Below, in pieces: positions 63,200-64,000 of a stretch of 64,000 nucleotides of DNA. The first letter of the stretch is position 1. Each line of letters begins with the position of its first letter. This stretch comes from Mobula birostris (lineage: Eukaryota). The position numbers and the translations under genes are program-made. The DNA is taken from NCBI RefSeq assembly GCF_030028105.1, contig NC_092379.1, positions 21,801,309-21,865,308 of the forward strand, in the 5' to 3' direction. The notes beneath the pieces were generated by a model. It saw nothing but the letters and a program-made list of their open reading frames with translations. It was not told where the DNA came from and searched no databases.

Positions 63200-64000
63200 A
63201 CTATTAACCACCTGGCCTATAATCTCCTTTCTTCTGCCTCTGTCCCTTCTTAAAGAATAGAGTGACATTTGCAATTTCCCAGTCCTCTGGAACCATTTCA
63301 GAATCTAGTGATTGTTGAAAGATCATTACTAATGCCTCCACAGTCTCTTCAGCTACCTCTTTCAGAGCCCTGAAGTGACATCCATCAAGTCCAGGTGATT
63401 TAAGCGCCTTCAGACTTTTCAACATCCCAAGCACCTTCTCCTTATTAATAGAAATGACATTCACTTCTGACCCCTGACACTCTTGCATTTCTGGCATTCT
63501 TCTGGTGTGTTCCACAGTGAAGACTAACATAAAATATTTTCTAAGTTCTCCTGTCATTTCTTTACCCACATTTCTACTTTTCCAGCGTAATATTCCAGTG
63601 GTCCGATGTCCATTCTGGTCTCTCATTTACTTGATATATATCTGAAAAAAATTTCGGTATCCTCTTTTATATTATTGGCTAGGTTACCTTTATATTTCAT
63701 CCCTTCTCTCTTTATGTCCTTTTTTAGTTGCCTTTAAGTTTAGGTTCATTTATTGTCATTCATCCAGGTGTGAATGCCCATCAATATGGACAAACAAAGC
63801 AGCGATTCTCCAGGGCCAAGGTGCAAAACATAGTACAAAGTCATACACAGCACAAACTACAATAGCACATATTAGATAGCAAGCCTTCTGTTGGTTTTGC
63901 TATATTATATGCCCTTTCATTTCCTTTGTGCTGATTTTGACTTCCTTTGATAGTTATGGTTGTTTCATCCTCCCTTTAGAATACTTCTTCATCTTTGGGA
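63200..64000 (-). mobile_element. CR1 ORF2 fragment
   Basis: KSPGLDG...LKEVAEE...DWEIANVTLFFKKGQR in ORF 63204-63626. Confidence 0.8.

Overview
Vertebrate genomic DNA from a cartilaginous fish (probably a ray or skate, inferred from the repeat families and Ig type). The window holds one immunoglobulin heavy-chain cluster of the IgW (omega/IgX) type on the minus strand: leader (47486-47531), VH, J (46203-46250), constant exons CH1-CH6 with a secretory tailpiece, then a duplicated CH3/CH4 pair (CH7, CH8) and a transmembrane exon (21161-21303). The V-D region is not in germline configuration. V is already fused in frame to D-derived sequence, and a precise 12-RSS/23-RSS signal joint (heptamer-to-heptamer, GTGCAC) sits in the chromosome at 46625-46691. 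This is the expected footprint of RAG-mediated inversional recombination, most likely fixed in the germline. CH5 carries a +1 frameshift. The J-C intron holds a G-rich 43-bp tandem array. The rest is mostly decayed transposons: CR1, Rex1/Babar-L2-like and RTE LINEs, Penelope-like elements with minimal hammerhead ribozymes, a Gmr1-like and a sushi-like LTR element, and SINEs. Most ORFs in the supplied track are TE fragments or artefacts. All coordinates and counts were read by hand; repeat boundaries are approximate.
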